Shown: positions 1-8,870, counted from the first letter of the stretch. The stretch: DNA of 32,000 bases from Candidatus Saccharimonadota bacterium (GCA_963677105.1 OY781871.1:120001-152000), one strand, 5' to 3'. Translations and numbers: made by a program. Notes: generated from the letters alone by a model not told the origin.

Positions 1-1
1 T

Positions 2-565
2 TCTGAATTTTCTGCTGGAAAATTTGTACTTGTATTAGATGAACATCGAGAAAAGGAAGGTGATTTCTTTTGTTTGGCAGAAACAGTAACAAAGGAGCAA
101 GTAAATTTTTTATTTCAATTTGGACACGGACAAATCTGTGTCGCTTGCTCTCCAGAAATTTTGGAACGACTTCAAATTCCGCCAATGGTTGATTCTCCAA
201 CTGATGTATATGGAACTAATTTCACAGTAAGCGTTGATGCTGCTGAAGGAATCACTACAGGAGTTTCTGCGGGAGATCGCGTTAGTACGATGAAAATATT
301 GGCAGACAAACATTCTAAACCCTCTGATTTATTAAAACCAGGACACACATTTCCTCTACGAGCAAAAAATCCAAATGAACGCTGGGGACACACTGAAGCT
401 TCAGTAGAATTAGCAAAAGTTTCCGAGAAAACTCCTGCTGTTGTTATTTGTGAAATTTTGAATGAGGAAGGTGAAAAATCTTCTTTCGAAGAATTATCTT
501 CTCTCTCAAAAAAATTTAAAATCCCGATGACAACGCTTGAAAATTTACGAGAAATCCTGAAATAG
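2..565 (+). CDS. ribB: 3,4-dihydroxy-2-butanone-4-phosphate synthase (RibB), 5' end outside the window
   Basis: The frame is open from the window edge (..SEFSAGKFVLVLDEHREKEGDFFCLAETVTKEQ..). It carries the acidic REKEGD loop and the GHTEASVELAK motif typical of DHBP synthase. The M at 74 in the ORF track is an internal TTG. Stop is TAG at 563-565. Confidence 0.85.
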   Translation, partial: SEFSAGKFVLVLDEHREKEGDFFCLAETVTKEQVNFLFQFGHGQICVACSPEILERLQIPPMVDSPTDVYGTNFTVSVDAAEGITTGVSAGDRVSTMKILADKHSKPSDLLKPGHTFPLRAKNPNERWGHTEASVELAKVSEKTPAVVICEILNEEGEKSSFEELSSLSKKFKIPMTTLENLREILK

Positions 566-670
566 AAATTACATCAAAAGTCAACAAAAAATAAACAAAA
601 AAACGATTGACTTTCATTAAAAATATACTCGACATATTTCACCGGGAAATCAACATCTTTTCTCTTGACC

Positions 671-718
671 ACACTAAATATTGTAGGCAAAATTTAAATC
701 CAACACAATATATTGTGC
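671..718. promoter_or_regulatory. Tandem NrdR boxes upstream of nrdD
   Basis: ACACTAAATATTGTAG (671-686) and ACACAATATATTGTGC (703-718) fit the 16-bp NrdR palindrome acaCwAtATaTwGtgt. The second contains the perfect palindrome CACAATATATTGTG. Box centres are 32 bp apart. A weak TTGACC(665-670)-N17-CAAAAT promoter overlaps box 1. Confidence 0.75.
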
Positions 719-783
719 TTGGATGATTTGGGAAAAAACAACAATATTCCCATTAAAAACACTTTCATTCCATATATTCTCAG

Positions 784-2958
784 ATGATTTTCAAAGTTCA
801 AAAACGCACCGGTGAGATTGTAGATTTCAATCCAGAAAAAATTCAAAAAGCTCTCTGGGCTGCCGCGCAAGCAATTGGTGGAACAAATGAGAAAATGTCG
901 AAGGAAATTACGGAACGAATTATAAAATACATTGATAAAAAACATAAAGATCGAGTTCCAAGCGTTGAACAAGTACAAGATGCAGTTGAAAAAGTATTAA
1001 TTGAAGAAGGACATGCACAAACAGCAAAATCTTATATTTTGTATCGAGAACGACGAAGTCAGGTTCGTGAAGATAAAAGTGTTGTGGTAAATGTTCAAAA
1101 TACTATTGGTGAATATTTGAATAAATTAGATTGGCGAGTAAATGCGAATTCAAATCAGGGATACAGTCTTGGTGGAATGATTTTGAATACGTCAGGAAAA
1201 GTAACAGCAAACTATTGGTTGTCACATATTTATTCACGAGAATGTGGAGACGCTCATCGAAATGGAGATTTTCATATTCACGATTTGGATATGTTTTCTG
1301 GATATTGTGCCGGATGGTCGCTCCGAGCATTATTAGAAGAAGGATTTAATGGAGTTCCAGACAAAACAGAATCAAATCCACCAAAACATCTTACAACTGC
1401 AGTAAGTCAAATGGTGAACTTTTTGGGAACATTGCAAAATGAATGGGCTGGAGCGCAAGCGTTTTCAAGTTTTGATACATACATGGCTCCGTTTGTGAAA
1501 AAATTTAAAATAAATCTAGAAAAAGAAATCGATGAATCTGGTCATTTTTGTTTCAAATCTGACAAAGAAAAAGAAAAATATATTTACGACAAAACCTACA
1601 AACACGTATTGCAAAACATGCAATCGTTTGTGTTTAACTTAAACGTTCCCTCTCGTTGGGGAACACAAACTCCGTTTACAAATGTAACACTTGATTGGGA
1701 ATGTCCTGCAGACTTAAAAAAGAAACGATTGAAACTTGGTGGAAAAGCATACGAATACACGTTTGAAGAATGTCAACCAGAAATGGATATTGTGAATAAA
1801 GCATTTATCGAAGTGATGACTGCGGGAGATGCAAAAGGACGAGTTTTCACTTTCCCAATTCCGACATACAACATTACAAAAGATTTTCGATGGAACGATC
1901 CCAAAACAGAACCATTGTTTGAAATGACAGCAAAATATGGAATGCCGTATTTCCAAAACTTCATTAATTCCGAATTAAATCCTGGAGACGTACGATCTAT
2001 GTGTTGTCGATTGCAACTCGACATGAAAGAATTGCTCGCTCGAGGAGGAGGACTTTTTGGGTCAGGAGAAATGACCGGATCAATTGGAGTTGTAACAATT
2101 TCATTACCTCGAATCGGATATGAACACAAAGGAGATAAAGAAGCGTTCTTGAAGCGAATCGAACATCTTATGTTTTTAGCTCGTACAACACTTGAGCTAA
2201 AACGAGTAGAGGTTCAAAAATGGATTGATCGAGGATTATTCCCTTACACAAAACGATATTTGGGAAAACTTGATAGTCACTTCTCAACTATTGGATTAAA
2301 TGGAATGAACGAGGCAATTCGAAACTTCACCAATGACGAACATAATATTGCAGATGAATGGGGACAAGAATTTGCTGAAGAAGTTCTTGATTTCATGCGA
2401 GAAAAACTGGTAGCATTTCAAGAAGAAACAGGAAATCTCTACAACCTTGAAGCCACTCCAGCTGAAGGAACTACATATCGATTTGCTCGTGAAGATAAGA
2501 AACGATTTCCCGATATTATTCAAGCTGGAACTCCAGATGCACCATATTATTCAAACTCTTCACAGCTTCCAGTTGAACACACCGCTGACGCATTTGAAGC
2601 ATTAAAATTACAAGACAAACTGCAGAAAAAATATACCGGAGGAACAGTTCTTCATCTCTACATGGGAGAACGAATTTCAAATTCTGATGCATGTAAAGAA
2701 CTAGTGAAAAAAGTTTTCACACAATTCAAATTGCCATACATCACGGTCACTCCAACTTTTTCAATTTGTCCAAAACACGGATATCTCGCCGGAGAACATG
2801 ATTATTGTCCGAAATGTGATGCTGAACTTGGTATTGATGTATCAAAACACGGAGGAAAATCTGATCACGATACACGAAAAAAATACGACTCACGTCGTCA
2901 AGAAACAATTCAAAAATCTTCATCTTCATGTGGAAACGAATGTTCTCATGTTTCGTAG
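784..2958 (+). CDS. nrdD: Anaerobic (class III) ribonucleoside-triphosphate reductase large chain, ending before the glycyl-radical motif
   Basis: N-terminal ATP-cone (MIFKVQKRTGEIVDFNPEKIQKAL..), class III RNR core, finger-loop RSMCCRLQL, and C-terminal Zn ribbon ICPKHGYLAGEHDYCPKC. The ORF ends at TAG 2956-2958 after a low-complexity tail, with no RVxGY motif. Confidence 0.9.
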   Translation: MIFKVQKRTGEIVDFNPEKIQKALWAAAQAIGGTNEKMSKEITERIIKYIDKKHKDRVPSVEQVQDAVEKVLIEEGHAQTAKSYILYRERRSQVREDKSVVVNVQNTIGEYLNKLDWRVNANSNQGYSLGGMILNTSGKVTANYWLSHIYSRECGDAHRNGDFHIHDLDMFSGYCAGWSLRALLEEGFNGVPDKTESNPPKHLTTAVSQMVNFLGTLQNEWAGAQAFSSFDTYMAPFVKKFKINLEKEIDESGHFCFKSDKEKEKYIYDKTYKHVLQNMQSFVFNLNVPSRWGTQTPFTNVTLDWECPADLKKKRLKLGGKAYEYTFEECQPEMDIVNKAFIEVMTAGDAKGRVFTFPIPTYNITKDFRWNDPKTEPLFEMTAKYGMPYFQNFINSELNPGDVRSMCCRLQLDMKELLARGGGLFGSGEMTGSIGVVTISLPRIGYEHKGDKEAFLKRIEHLMFLARTTLELKRVEVQKWIDRGLFPYTKRYLGKLDSHFSTIGLNGMNEAIRNFTNDEHNIADEWGQEFAEEVLDFMREKLVAFQEETGNLYNLEATPAEGTTYRFAREDKKRFPDIIQAGTPDAPYYSNSSQLPVEHTADAFEALKLQDKLQKKYTGGTVLHLYMGERISNSDACKELVKKVFTQFKLPYITVTPTFSICPKHGYLAGEHDYCPKCDAELGIDVSKHGGKSDHDTRKKYDSRRQETIQKSSSSCGNECSHVS

Positions 2959-2967
2959 ACAAAAAAT

Positions 2968-2996
2968 TTGCCTCTTTCTTTTAAAAATTTTATAAT
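2968..2996 (+). promoter_or_regulatory. Sigma70-like promoter candidate immediately after the nrdD stop
   Basis: TTGCCT (2968-2973), 17-nt spacer, TATAAT (2991-2996). The ATG of the glycyl-radical mini-ORF lies at 3022. AT-rich context, so a chance match is possible. Confidence 0.4.
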
Positions 2997-3021
2997 TTAT
3001 TTCCTAACCTTTTCACCACTT

Positions 3022-3207
3022 ATGAGTGACTCCAACTCGGCTTCAGACCACAACTCTAATCGCACAAAATGCGAAATCTGGACACGTGTGATGGGATATC
3101 ACCGACCAGTTTCTCACTTTAATATTGGGAAAAAAGCAGAACATTATTCACGGGAACACTTTCAAGAATGTGCTTGTGCAAACTCAGCTTTTTGTGAAAA
3201 GTTTTAG
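3022..3207 (+). CDS. NrdD C-terminal glycyl-radical segment encoded as a separate 61-aa ORF (same frame as nrdD)
   Basis: The translation contains KCEIWTRVMGYHRPVSHFNIGKKAEHYSREHF, the canonical class III RNR C-terminal glycyl-radical motif (RVxGY..P....N.GK..E). The ORF track extends it to a TTG at 2968. The first ATG is at 3022. Confidence 0.65.
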   Translation: MSDSNSASDHNSNRTKCEIWTRVMGYHRPVSHFNIGKKAEHYSREHFQECACANSAFCEKF

Positions 3208-3267
3208 GAAAAATTTTGAACTCGAATTTTAAAACCTCAAGTTCTTTTTTGAACCTTTTTAAAAAAC

Positions 3268-3507
3268 ATGAATGGAATTCTTATTACGACTACGACATGT
3301 CCGAAGTGTCCTGCGATGAAAACATGGGTTGCAGACAATGTGAAATTCGATGTATTAATCATCGATGAAACACATCCTGAGTTCGCAGATTTGTTACAAA
3401 CATATAACGTAACTACGGCTCCAACATTTATTATTGAGGAAAACGGAGAAGAAGTTTTTCGTGGAAATGATGATTACGAAATAGAAGATTTTTTGAAAAA
3501 TCTCTAA
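3268..3507 (+). CDS. Small glutaredoxin/thioredoxin-fold redoxin (NrdH-like)
   Basis: 79 aa with an N-terminal beta-strand followed by a CPKC dithiol motif (ILITTTTCPKCPAMK) and the later TAPTF..G pattern of the thioredoxin fold. It sits between nrdD and nrdG. Confidence 0.65.
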   Translation: MNGILITTTTCPKCPAMKTWVADNVKFDVLIIDETHPEFADLLQTYNVTTAPTFIIEENGEEVFRGNDDYEIEDFLKNL

Positions 3508-4212
3508 ATGAAAATCGGTGGAATCAACACGCTTACTCTTTTAGACTTTCCTGGAAAAGTTTCTGCTATTGTGTTTACTGCTGGCTGTAATTTTCGTTGT
3601 GGATATTGTCATAATGTACAATTCGTCCTGCCTGATCAAATTGAAAAATTGAAAGGAAGTTTTATTCCTGAAGAGAAATTTTTTAATTTTTTGGATCAAA
3701 GAAAAGGTCTTCTGGATGGAGTTGTTGTCTCTGGAGGAGAACCAACAATTCATCCTGACTTACCTGATTTCTTGAAGAAAATAAAAGAAAAAGGCTTTCT
3801 TACCAAGCTGGATACAAACGGAACAAATCCGAAAATGTTGCAAAAGTTATTGGAGGAAAAATTACTGGATTACATTGCCATGGATATCAAAATGCCACTC
3901 GATGAATATGAATCTTTGACTGGTTTAAAAATTCACACGGATTCTTTACGAGAATGTGTAGAACTGATTAAAAATTCTGATATTGATTATGAATTCCGTA
4001 CAACCATTATCAATGAATTTCATGACACTGAAACGTTGGAACGAATTTTTAAAGACATTGGTCATGTGAAAAATTTCACACTTCAAAATTTTCGACCAGA
4101 AAAAACGCTTGATCCAAAATTTGGAGAATTTCATGCTTGTACTTCTGAAAAATTAGAAACACTCAAAACAATTGCTGAAAAATATGTGGACAATTTAGAA
4201 TGTCATGTGTAA
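3508..4212 (+). CDS. nrdG: Anaerobic RNR activating enzyme (radical SAM)
   Basis: CNFRCGYCHN CxxxCxxC radical-SAM cluster motif, GGEPT SAM-binding motif, and an ATG directly abutting the upstream stop codon. Confidence 0.9.
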   Translation: MKIGGINTLTLLDFPGKVSAIVFTAGCNFRCGYCHNVQFVLPDQIEKLKGSFIPEEKFFNFLDQRKGLLDGVVVSGGEPTIHPDLPDFLKKIKEKGFLTKLDTNGTNPKMLQKLLEEKLLDYIAMDIKMPLDEYESLTGLKIHTDSLRECVELIKNSDIDYEFRTTIINEFHDTETLERIFKDIGHVKNFTLQNFRPEKTLDPKFGEFHACTSEKLETLKTIAEKYVDNLECHV

Positions 4213-4222
4213 TTTACTCGCG

Positions 4223-4537
4223 ATGAAAAAATTATTATTCCTTGCCGTTTTCGTACTCTGTCTCACTGGATGTAGCACTATTCCAAAAACTCCTGCAGAA
4301 GAAGCAAAAAACATTGCAGAAAATGTTCATGTTTCTGCTGAGATCAATAAACTTCAAGTCCAACTTGAACGAGGAGAAGTAACTCAAAAATATGCTTCTG
4401 AACGATTAAAACAAATCTTAAAAGAACGACAACGACTCAATTCTGGAGACACTGAAGTGATTTTGGAAAAAATAAAAGAACAAGATCCTATGCTTGAAAA
4501 AGGACTTGCTGAAATGATTCAACGACGAGAAAAATAA
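4223..4537 (+). CDS. Small lipoprotein, function unknown
   Basis: MKKLLFLAVFVLCLTGCS signal peptide with an LTGC lipobox, followed by a charged helical remainder. Confidence 0.6.
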   Translation: MKKLLFLAVFVLCLTGCSTIPKTPAEEAKNIAENVHVSAEINKLQVQLERGEVTQKYASERLKQILKERQRLNSGDTEVILEKIKEQDPMLEKGLAEMIQRREK

Positions 4538-4539
4538 AA

Positions 4540-4567
4540 TCTCAAATAACAAAGTGCAAAGTACAAA
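4540..4567 (-). repeat. Phased heptad array TTTGTAC TTTGCAC TTTGTTA TTTGAGA (read on minus strand)
   Basis: Four contiguous 7-nt units of the form TTTGNAN, located between the convergent lipoprotein gene and ldh. Confidence 0.6.
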
Positions 4568-4577
4568 TGAGTTAATT

Positions 4578-5498
4578 TTATTTCTCCTGAAGGTTTTTCA
4601 AAACCGTTTTTAATTTTTCCGCTGACGCTTGCAACTGAACAAGTTCTTCTTTGGATAATGGTTTTTCAACAATTTCCTCAATTCCCTGTGCACCAATTTT
4701 TACTGGAACCCCAAGAGCAATTCCATCAATTCCATATTCTCCATTGAGCGATGCTGACACTGGAAAAACTCTTCGTGAATTCAATATAATGGACGATAAA
4801 ATTTCAACCGTTGCCGCTCCAATTCCAAAATAAGTCGCACCTTTCCCTTCTATTATTTCATACGCAGCATTTCGTACTTGTTCTTGTAAATTTTCTTGTT
4901 CTTCAGGAGAAATATTTTCGACTTGATCAACCGTTGACCACGCCACAAATTCTGAATCTCCATGTTCTCCCAACACATATCCATGGACATTGGCAATATT
5001 TTGATCAAATCTTTTTGCTAATCTCCATCGCAAACGCGACGTATCAAGTAACGTTCCTGTTCCCAAAACTTTCCCCTTGGGAAGTTCAAAAATATCTTCT
5101 GCCATTTTCGTAAGAATATCGACTGGATTTGTAACGATTATTACAATCGCCTCATTTCGCAATTTCCCGAGTTTTGTTTTAATTGATCTGAGAATCTCAA
5201 CATTCCGTTCTAATAAATCAATTCTTGTTTCACCTGGTTTTTGCGAAACTCCGGCAGTAATGACAAAAATATCTGCATTTCTTGTTTTTTCATCCGTCAA
5301 ATCTCCGTTAAACACACGTGCATTGGGGGAAAAAAGCAAACTATCGCATAAATCTAAAACTTGACCTGTTTCAAATTCCTGATTTCGATCTATCAATAAA
5401 ATTTCTGCAGGAAGATTTTTATTTACCGCCACGCTTGCTACATGTGCTCCTACATTTCCGGCACCAATAATAGCAATTGTTTTCATTTTATTGTCCAC
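4578..5498 (-). CDS. ldh: L-lactate dehydrogenase
   Basis: Rossmann motif [12 protein letters not shown]. Substrate loop [15 protein letters not shown] has Gln at the LDH/MDH discriminating position. Catalytic-His motif GEHGDSE is present. Confidence 0.85.
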   Translation of the reverse strand: MDNKMKTIAIIGAGNVGAHVASVAVNKNLPAEILLIDRNQEFETGQVLDLCDSLLFSPNARVFNGDLTDEKTRNADIFVITAGVSQKPGETRIDLLERNVEILRSIKTKLGKLRNEAIVIIVTNPVDILTKMAEDIFELPKGKVLGTGTLLDTSRLRWRLAKRFDQNIANVHGYVLGEHGDSEFVAWSTVDQVENISPEEQENLQEQVRNAAYEIIEGKGATYFGIGAATVEILSSIILNSRRVFPVSASLNGEYGIDGIALGVPVKIGAQGIEEIVEKPLSKEELVQLQASAEKLKTVLKNLQEK

Positions 5499-5817
5499 TT
5501 AATAATGCTTCTATTACATCTGAATTTCCTAAAATTGCGTCCAAATTAAATCCTCCTCCGATAGAATTGTTTATTTCTGGCATCATTTCACCCATCATTA
5601 AGCTCATTATTTTCGGTAAGAAGAAGAGTGGTACGATAATAATAATTGCGACCAAAATTGTTTTTACAATTCCCCAAATACGACGATTTCGCTCTGCTTT
5701 TAATAAAATAGTTTGGTTATTTATTATCTGTTGTTGATTAGTCAAAATTTTTGCAAATATTTGTGGTTCCGAAATAGTTGATTCTTGTTCTGTGACCATT
5801 GGGTTTTCATTCATCAA
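5488..5817 (-). CDS. Small single-TM membrane protein, unknown function
   Basis: 109 aa with one hydrophobic helix (IWGIVKTILVAIIIIVPLFFLP). Its 3' end overlaps the ldh start by 11 nt, suggesting coupled translation. Confidence 0.45.
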   Translation of the reverse strand: MMNENPMVTEQESTISEPQIFAKILTNQQQIINNQTILLKAERNRRIWGIVKTILVAIIIIVPLFFLPKIMSLMMGEMMPEINNSIGGGFNLDAILGNSDVIEALLSGQ

Positions 5818-5877
5818 GAAAATTTTGGCAGATTCGAGAAAAAAAGTACACTTCGTTCGAATTTATTTTTAAAAAAT

Positions 5878-6180
5878 ATGGCACAAATCACAATCAAATC
5901 CGCAAATGGTTCTGAACTCGGAACATTCGAAGTTGACTCAAGTCAATCTATTTCATCTTTAGGTGCTGCTGCTGGAGTTATGATTCCTGTTGCTTGTGGA
6001 ATTGGCGCATGCGGAATATGTGTAGCAAATATTGAATCCGGAGAAGAATATATCGATCAAAATATGTTTGGCACTGGCGGATTCCCTATTATGGAAGGAC
6101 AAATTCTTACATGTGTATCAGGCGTAAAAACAGATGCACCAAAAGATGCTCAAATTATTCTCACTTGTCCAAATACGTAA
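5878..6180 (+). CDS. Plant-type [2Fe-2S] ferredoxin-like protein
   Basis: C-x4-C-x2-C (CGIGACGIC) followed about 30 residues later by LTC. Size is about 100 aa. The ATG at 5878 was chosen over the longer track ORF, which overlaps the divergent gene. Confidence 0.65.
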   Translation: MAQITIKSANGSELGTFEVDSSQSISSLGAAAGVMIPVACGIGACGICVANIESGEEYIDQNMFGTGGFPIMEGQILTCVSGVKTDAPKDAQIILTCPNT

Positions 6181-6270
6181 ATTTGACAAAGCGAATCTTC
6201 CCACTAAACTGCATCCGAATTGAGATAAAGAAAATTTATTTCATCTCCCCACTCTTCAATTGATTATAAA

Positions 6271-6480
6271 ATGGCACGAGCAACTAAAAAACGAGCATTC
6301 TTCTCTCTCTGGTGTACTGAATGTAAAGAACGTGACGACAAACGTCGTGAAAACTACAAGATTTTGATTAATACTCAGAATCAAAATGCAAAAGAATTAA
6401 CTTTTAATAAGTTTTGTTCTACGTGCCGAAAACACACACCGCACAAAACAAAACAAATTTCTCGTGCACAAAACAAGTAA
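6271..6480 (+). CDS. rpmG: 50S ribosomal protein L33 (Cys-containing form)
   Basis: CTEC...NY......N...L.FNKFCSTCRKHTPHK pattern typical of L33. Confidence 0.8.
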   Translation: MARATKKRAFFSLWCTECKERDDKRRENYKILINTQNQNAKELTFNKFCSTCRKHTPHKTKQISRAQNK

Positions 6481-6515
6481 ACAAATTTCTTGTTTATATT
6501 TCGTAAAAAAATTTG

Positions 6516-6547
6516 CTCTCCCATCACTTGTATGGGAGAATTTTTTT
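6516..6547 (+). terminator. Rho-independent terminator after rpmG
   Basis: Stem CTCCCAT (6518-6524) pairs with ATGGGAG (6532-6538), followed by AATTTTTTT. Confidence 0.75.
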
Positions 6548-6548
6548 G

Positions 6549-7754
6549 ATGAAAAAAGGTATAACTTGGTTTCAGAAACTGTCTTCTCGCGTGGAAGAAC
6601 GTCGTCGTGAATTTGAAGAAGAACAAAAACGACAGAAAGAAAACCTAAAGATTCCTCATAAAATTGTTCCAAAACATCAAAATAAAATCGAGAAATTAGA
6701 AGTTGAAATTTCAATAAAAACGATCATTAAAATATTACTCATTCTAGCACTTTTTCTTGTGGCAAAAGAAATGGTCGTAGAACTCAAAAGCATTCTCATT
6801 ATGACGTTTGTTTCTGCAATTCTCGTATTGGGAATTTCTCCAATGCTAGACAAATTGGAAACATATCGAATCCCTCGCCCATTAGCGATTATCATTTTAT
6901 ATCTTATTTTTTTAGGGGTTCTTACGGTCCTCTTTATTCAACTCGTACCAATTATTATTCGACAATTAATAGGTATTGCGTATGACTTACGTGACTTTTT
7001 TTCAAAACCTATTGATATTCCTGTTTGGGCTCAATCTATAGGAATCGATATGAAATCTATTTCTTCTCTTCTAGAGAATAATATTTCAACAATTGCAAAA
7101 AATCTTCAATCTGTTGCTGGTTCCACATTTAATATTGTAGGATCAATTTTCTCAAGCGTAGCACACTTAATAATGACGCTCACACTTTTATTTTTCATGT
7201 TTTTAGAACGAGAAAGACTTGGAATATCAATTCTAAGACTTTTCCCTTCTTCCAAACAACACGAATTTCAAAAACGAACTCTTGAGGTTCAATCGAAAAT
7301 GGCTGAATGGTTCCGCGGACAATTCATTCTCATGATCGTAGTTGGATTATTTGTTTATATTTGGATGTCAGTCCTTCATTTCGCAATGGGATTTGAATAT
7401 GCTATCACCATTGCTCTTGTAGCTGCTTTTGCTGAATTACTACCATACGTCGGTCCATTTCTCACATATTTACTTGTAGGATTAATTGGGATTGAAATTT
7501 CATGGAGCGCTTTCTTCGTTGGAATTGCTTGTGTGACCCTAACTCAATTCTTAGAAGGAAATTTCCTTGTTCCTATCATCATGAAAAGAGCGGTCGGAAT
7601 TTCTGCCGTCGTAACTATTTTAGCATTGCTTATTGGAGGTTCTCTTGGATATGCACTTGGTGGAATAGGAACATCCATCATATCAATGGTTTTCTCTATA
7701 CCAATCGCAGCAACTATTGCGATGTTTCTTGATTCAAATCATACCGCTGAATAA
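6549..7754 (+). CDS. AI-2E family (PerM/UPF0118) membrane transporter
   Basis: Polytopic membrane protein of about 400 aa with the family-typical C-terminal half (EWFRGQ.., LPYVGPF.., FLVPIIMKRAVGISAVVTILALLIGGSLGYALGG). The start is set at ATG 6549, after the rpmG terminator. Confidence 0.7.
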   Translation: MKKGITWFQKLSSRVEERRREFEEEQKRQKENLKIPHKIVPKHQNKIEKLEVEISIKTIIKILLILALFLVAKEMVVELKSILIMTFVSAILVLGISPMLDKLETYRIPRPLAIIILYLIFLGVLTVLFIQLVPIIIRQLIGIAYDLRDFFSKPIDIPVWAQSIGIDMKSISSLLENNISTIAKNLQSVAGSTFNIVGSIFSSVAHLIMTLTLLFFMFLERERLGISILRLFPSSKQHEFQKRTLEVQSKMAEWFRGQFILMIVVGLFVYIWMSVLHFAMGFEYAITIALVAAFAELLPYVGPFLTYLLVGLIGIEISWSAFFVGIACVTLTQFLEGNFLVPIIMKRAVGISAVVTILALLIGGSLGYALGGIGTSIISMVFSIPIAATIAMFLDSNHTAE

Positions 7755-8537
7755 TTATCGAGGAGTAATCTTTGCAAAATAGATATCTCCATTTAAATCT
7801 TGAACGGGAATAACTCGCCACATGTTAAAGATGTTTTTAATTTCGTCCCATTGCTGGGGTAAAAACTCTAACCACAAAACACCAAACTGTATTTTCTTTT
7901 GTTCTAATTCTTTGGCTAAACGTCTTAATAAATCAAGACCATCTTCACCGGAAAAAATGGCTTCTATCGGCTCTTTTTGAACAGATTGTGTCACGACATG
8001 AGAAACGGGAACATATGGCAAATTTGCCACAATTATATCCCACTCAGAATCCTTTGGAATAGTTGATAATAAATCTGAATACTGTAAGTTAATTGTTACA
8101 TCATGATTTCGAAAATTCTTTTTTGCAACACTAAGTGCTGCTCGAGAATTATCAAGCGCTGTTATCTTTGATTTTATATATTTTTTTGCAAGAGCTAGAG
8201 AAATACAACCACTTCCTGTACCAATGTCTAATATTGTTTGTGGATTATTGTCTTCTTGAAAAATTTTTTGTAATAAAATCTCTGTTTCATCACGCGGAAT
8301 TAATACTGACGGAGTAACTTCTATTGACATTCCACACCATTTTTTCTGGCCCATAATATAATGAACAGGAATGTTTTGTGAGCGCTTAGAAATACAATAA
8401 AAATATCTCCACTGATTTAATCGTGAGAGCTTTTCCTCTTCATGTGTTCGTAAATACGATCGATTTACTTTTAAAATTACGGACAATAAAACTTCTGCAT
8501 CCAATCGAGCATTTTCTACATTCGAAAGTTTTTTCAT
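7755..8537 (-). CDS. prmC: Release-factor glutamine N5-methyltransferase (PrmC/HemK)
   Basis: SAM motif ILDIGTGSGCISLALA, catalytic NLPYV (an NPPY variant), and the HemK N-terminal pattern ARLDAEVLL. The track ORF starts at a TTG (8606). ATG 8537 is the more plausible start. Confidence 0.8.
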   Translation of the reverse strand: MKKLSNVENARLDAEVLLSVILKVNRSYLRTHEEEKLSRLNQWRYFYCISKRSQNIPVHYIMGQKKWCGMSIEVTPSVLIPRDETEILLQKIFQEDNNPQTILDIGTGSGCISLALAKKYIKSKITALDNSRAALSVAKKNFRNHDVTINLQYSDLLSTIPKDSEWDIIVANLPYVPVSHVVTQSVQKEPIEAIFSGEDGLDLLRRLAKELEQKKIQFGVLWLEFLPQQWDEIKNIFNMWRVIPVQDLNGDIYFAKITPR

Positions 8538-8602
8538 GGCAAAAAAAAGCACGTCAGACACAGTCCGACGTGAAAATAGTGAATGTATGAGAGAAAAATA
8601 AT

Positions 8603-8809
8603 TCAACTCAAGAACTGACGTTTCTTAGCGGCCGCACGATATGATTCGCGTTTCACTGCAGATTCACGAACTTTACGCTGAGTCGGTTTTTGCGCGAAGT
8701 AACGACCGTTACGAAACGCTTTCAATAGTCCACGTGATTTCACATGTCCACCAAATCGTTTCAACATACGATCAAATGACTCTCCGGATCTAACTGTTAC
8801 TTTAATCAT
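8603..8809 (-). CDS. rpsU: 30S ribosomal protein S21
   Basis: MIKVTVRSGESFDRMLKRFGGHVKSRGLLKAFRNGRYFAQKPTQRK... matches the S21 family pattern. ATG is at 8809-8807. Confidence 0.85.
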   Translation of the reverse strand: MIKVTVRSGESFDRMLKRFGGHVKSRGLLKAFRNGRYFAQKPTQRKVRESAVKRESYRAAAKKRQFLS

Positions 8810-8870
8810 CGGGCGGATTTTAACTCTGAGACGCTCCTTGTCAAATTTTTTAACATTTGAAATTTCAAAT

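Noticed and set aside
2956-2958. TAG in nrdD as a recoded codon (pyrrolysine or a reassigned stop), or an alternative genetic code for the whole window
   Set aside because: TAG also terminates ribB and the mini-ORF. TGA terminates rpsU, ruvB and the giant gene, and all long conserved ORFs are intact under the standard code. No pyl genes are visible. A UGA-recoding code (as in Gracilibacteria/SR1) is therefore also excluded.
5785-5877. Longer N-terminal extension of the ferredoxin ORF (track start 5785), and likewise the track starts at 6513 (AI-2E), 8887 (S21), 10136 (SLH), 14927, 15972, 17554 and 19608
   Set aside because: The extensions overlap divergent genes or terminators, or they precede an obvious signal peptide or conserved N-terminus. 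Internal ATG starts give products matching family N-termini.
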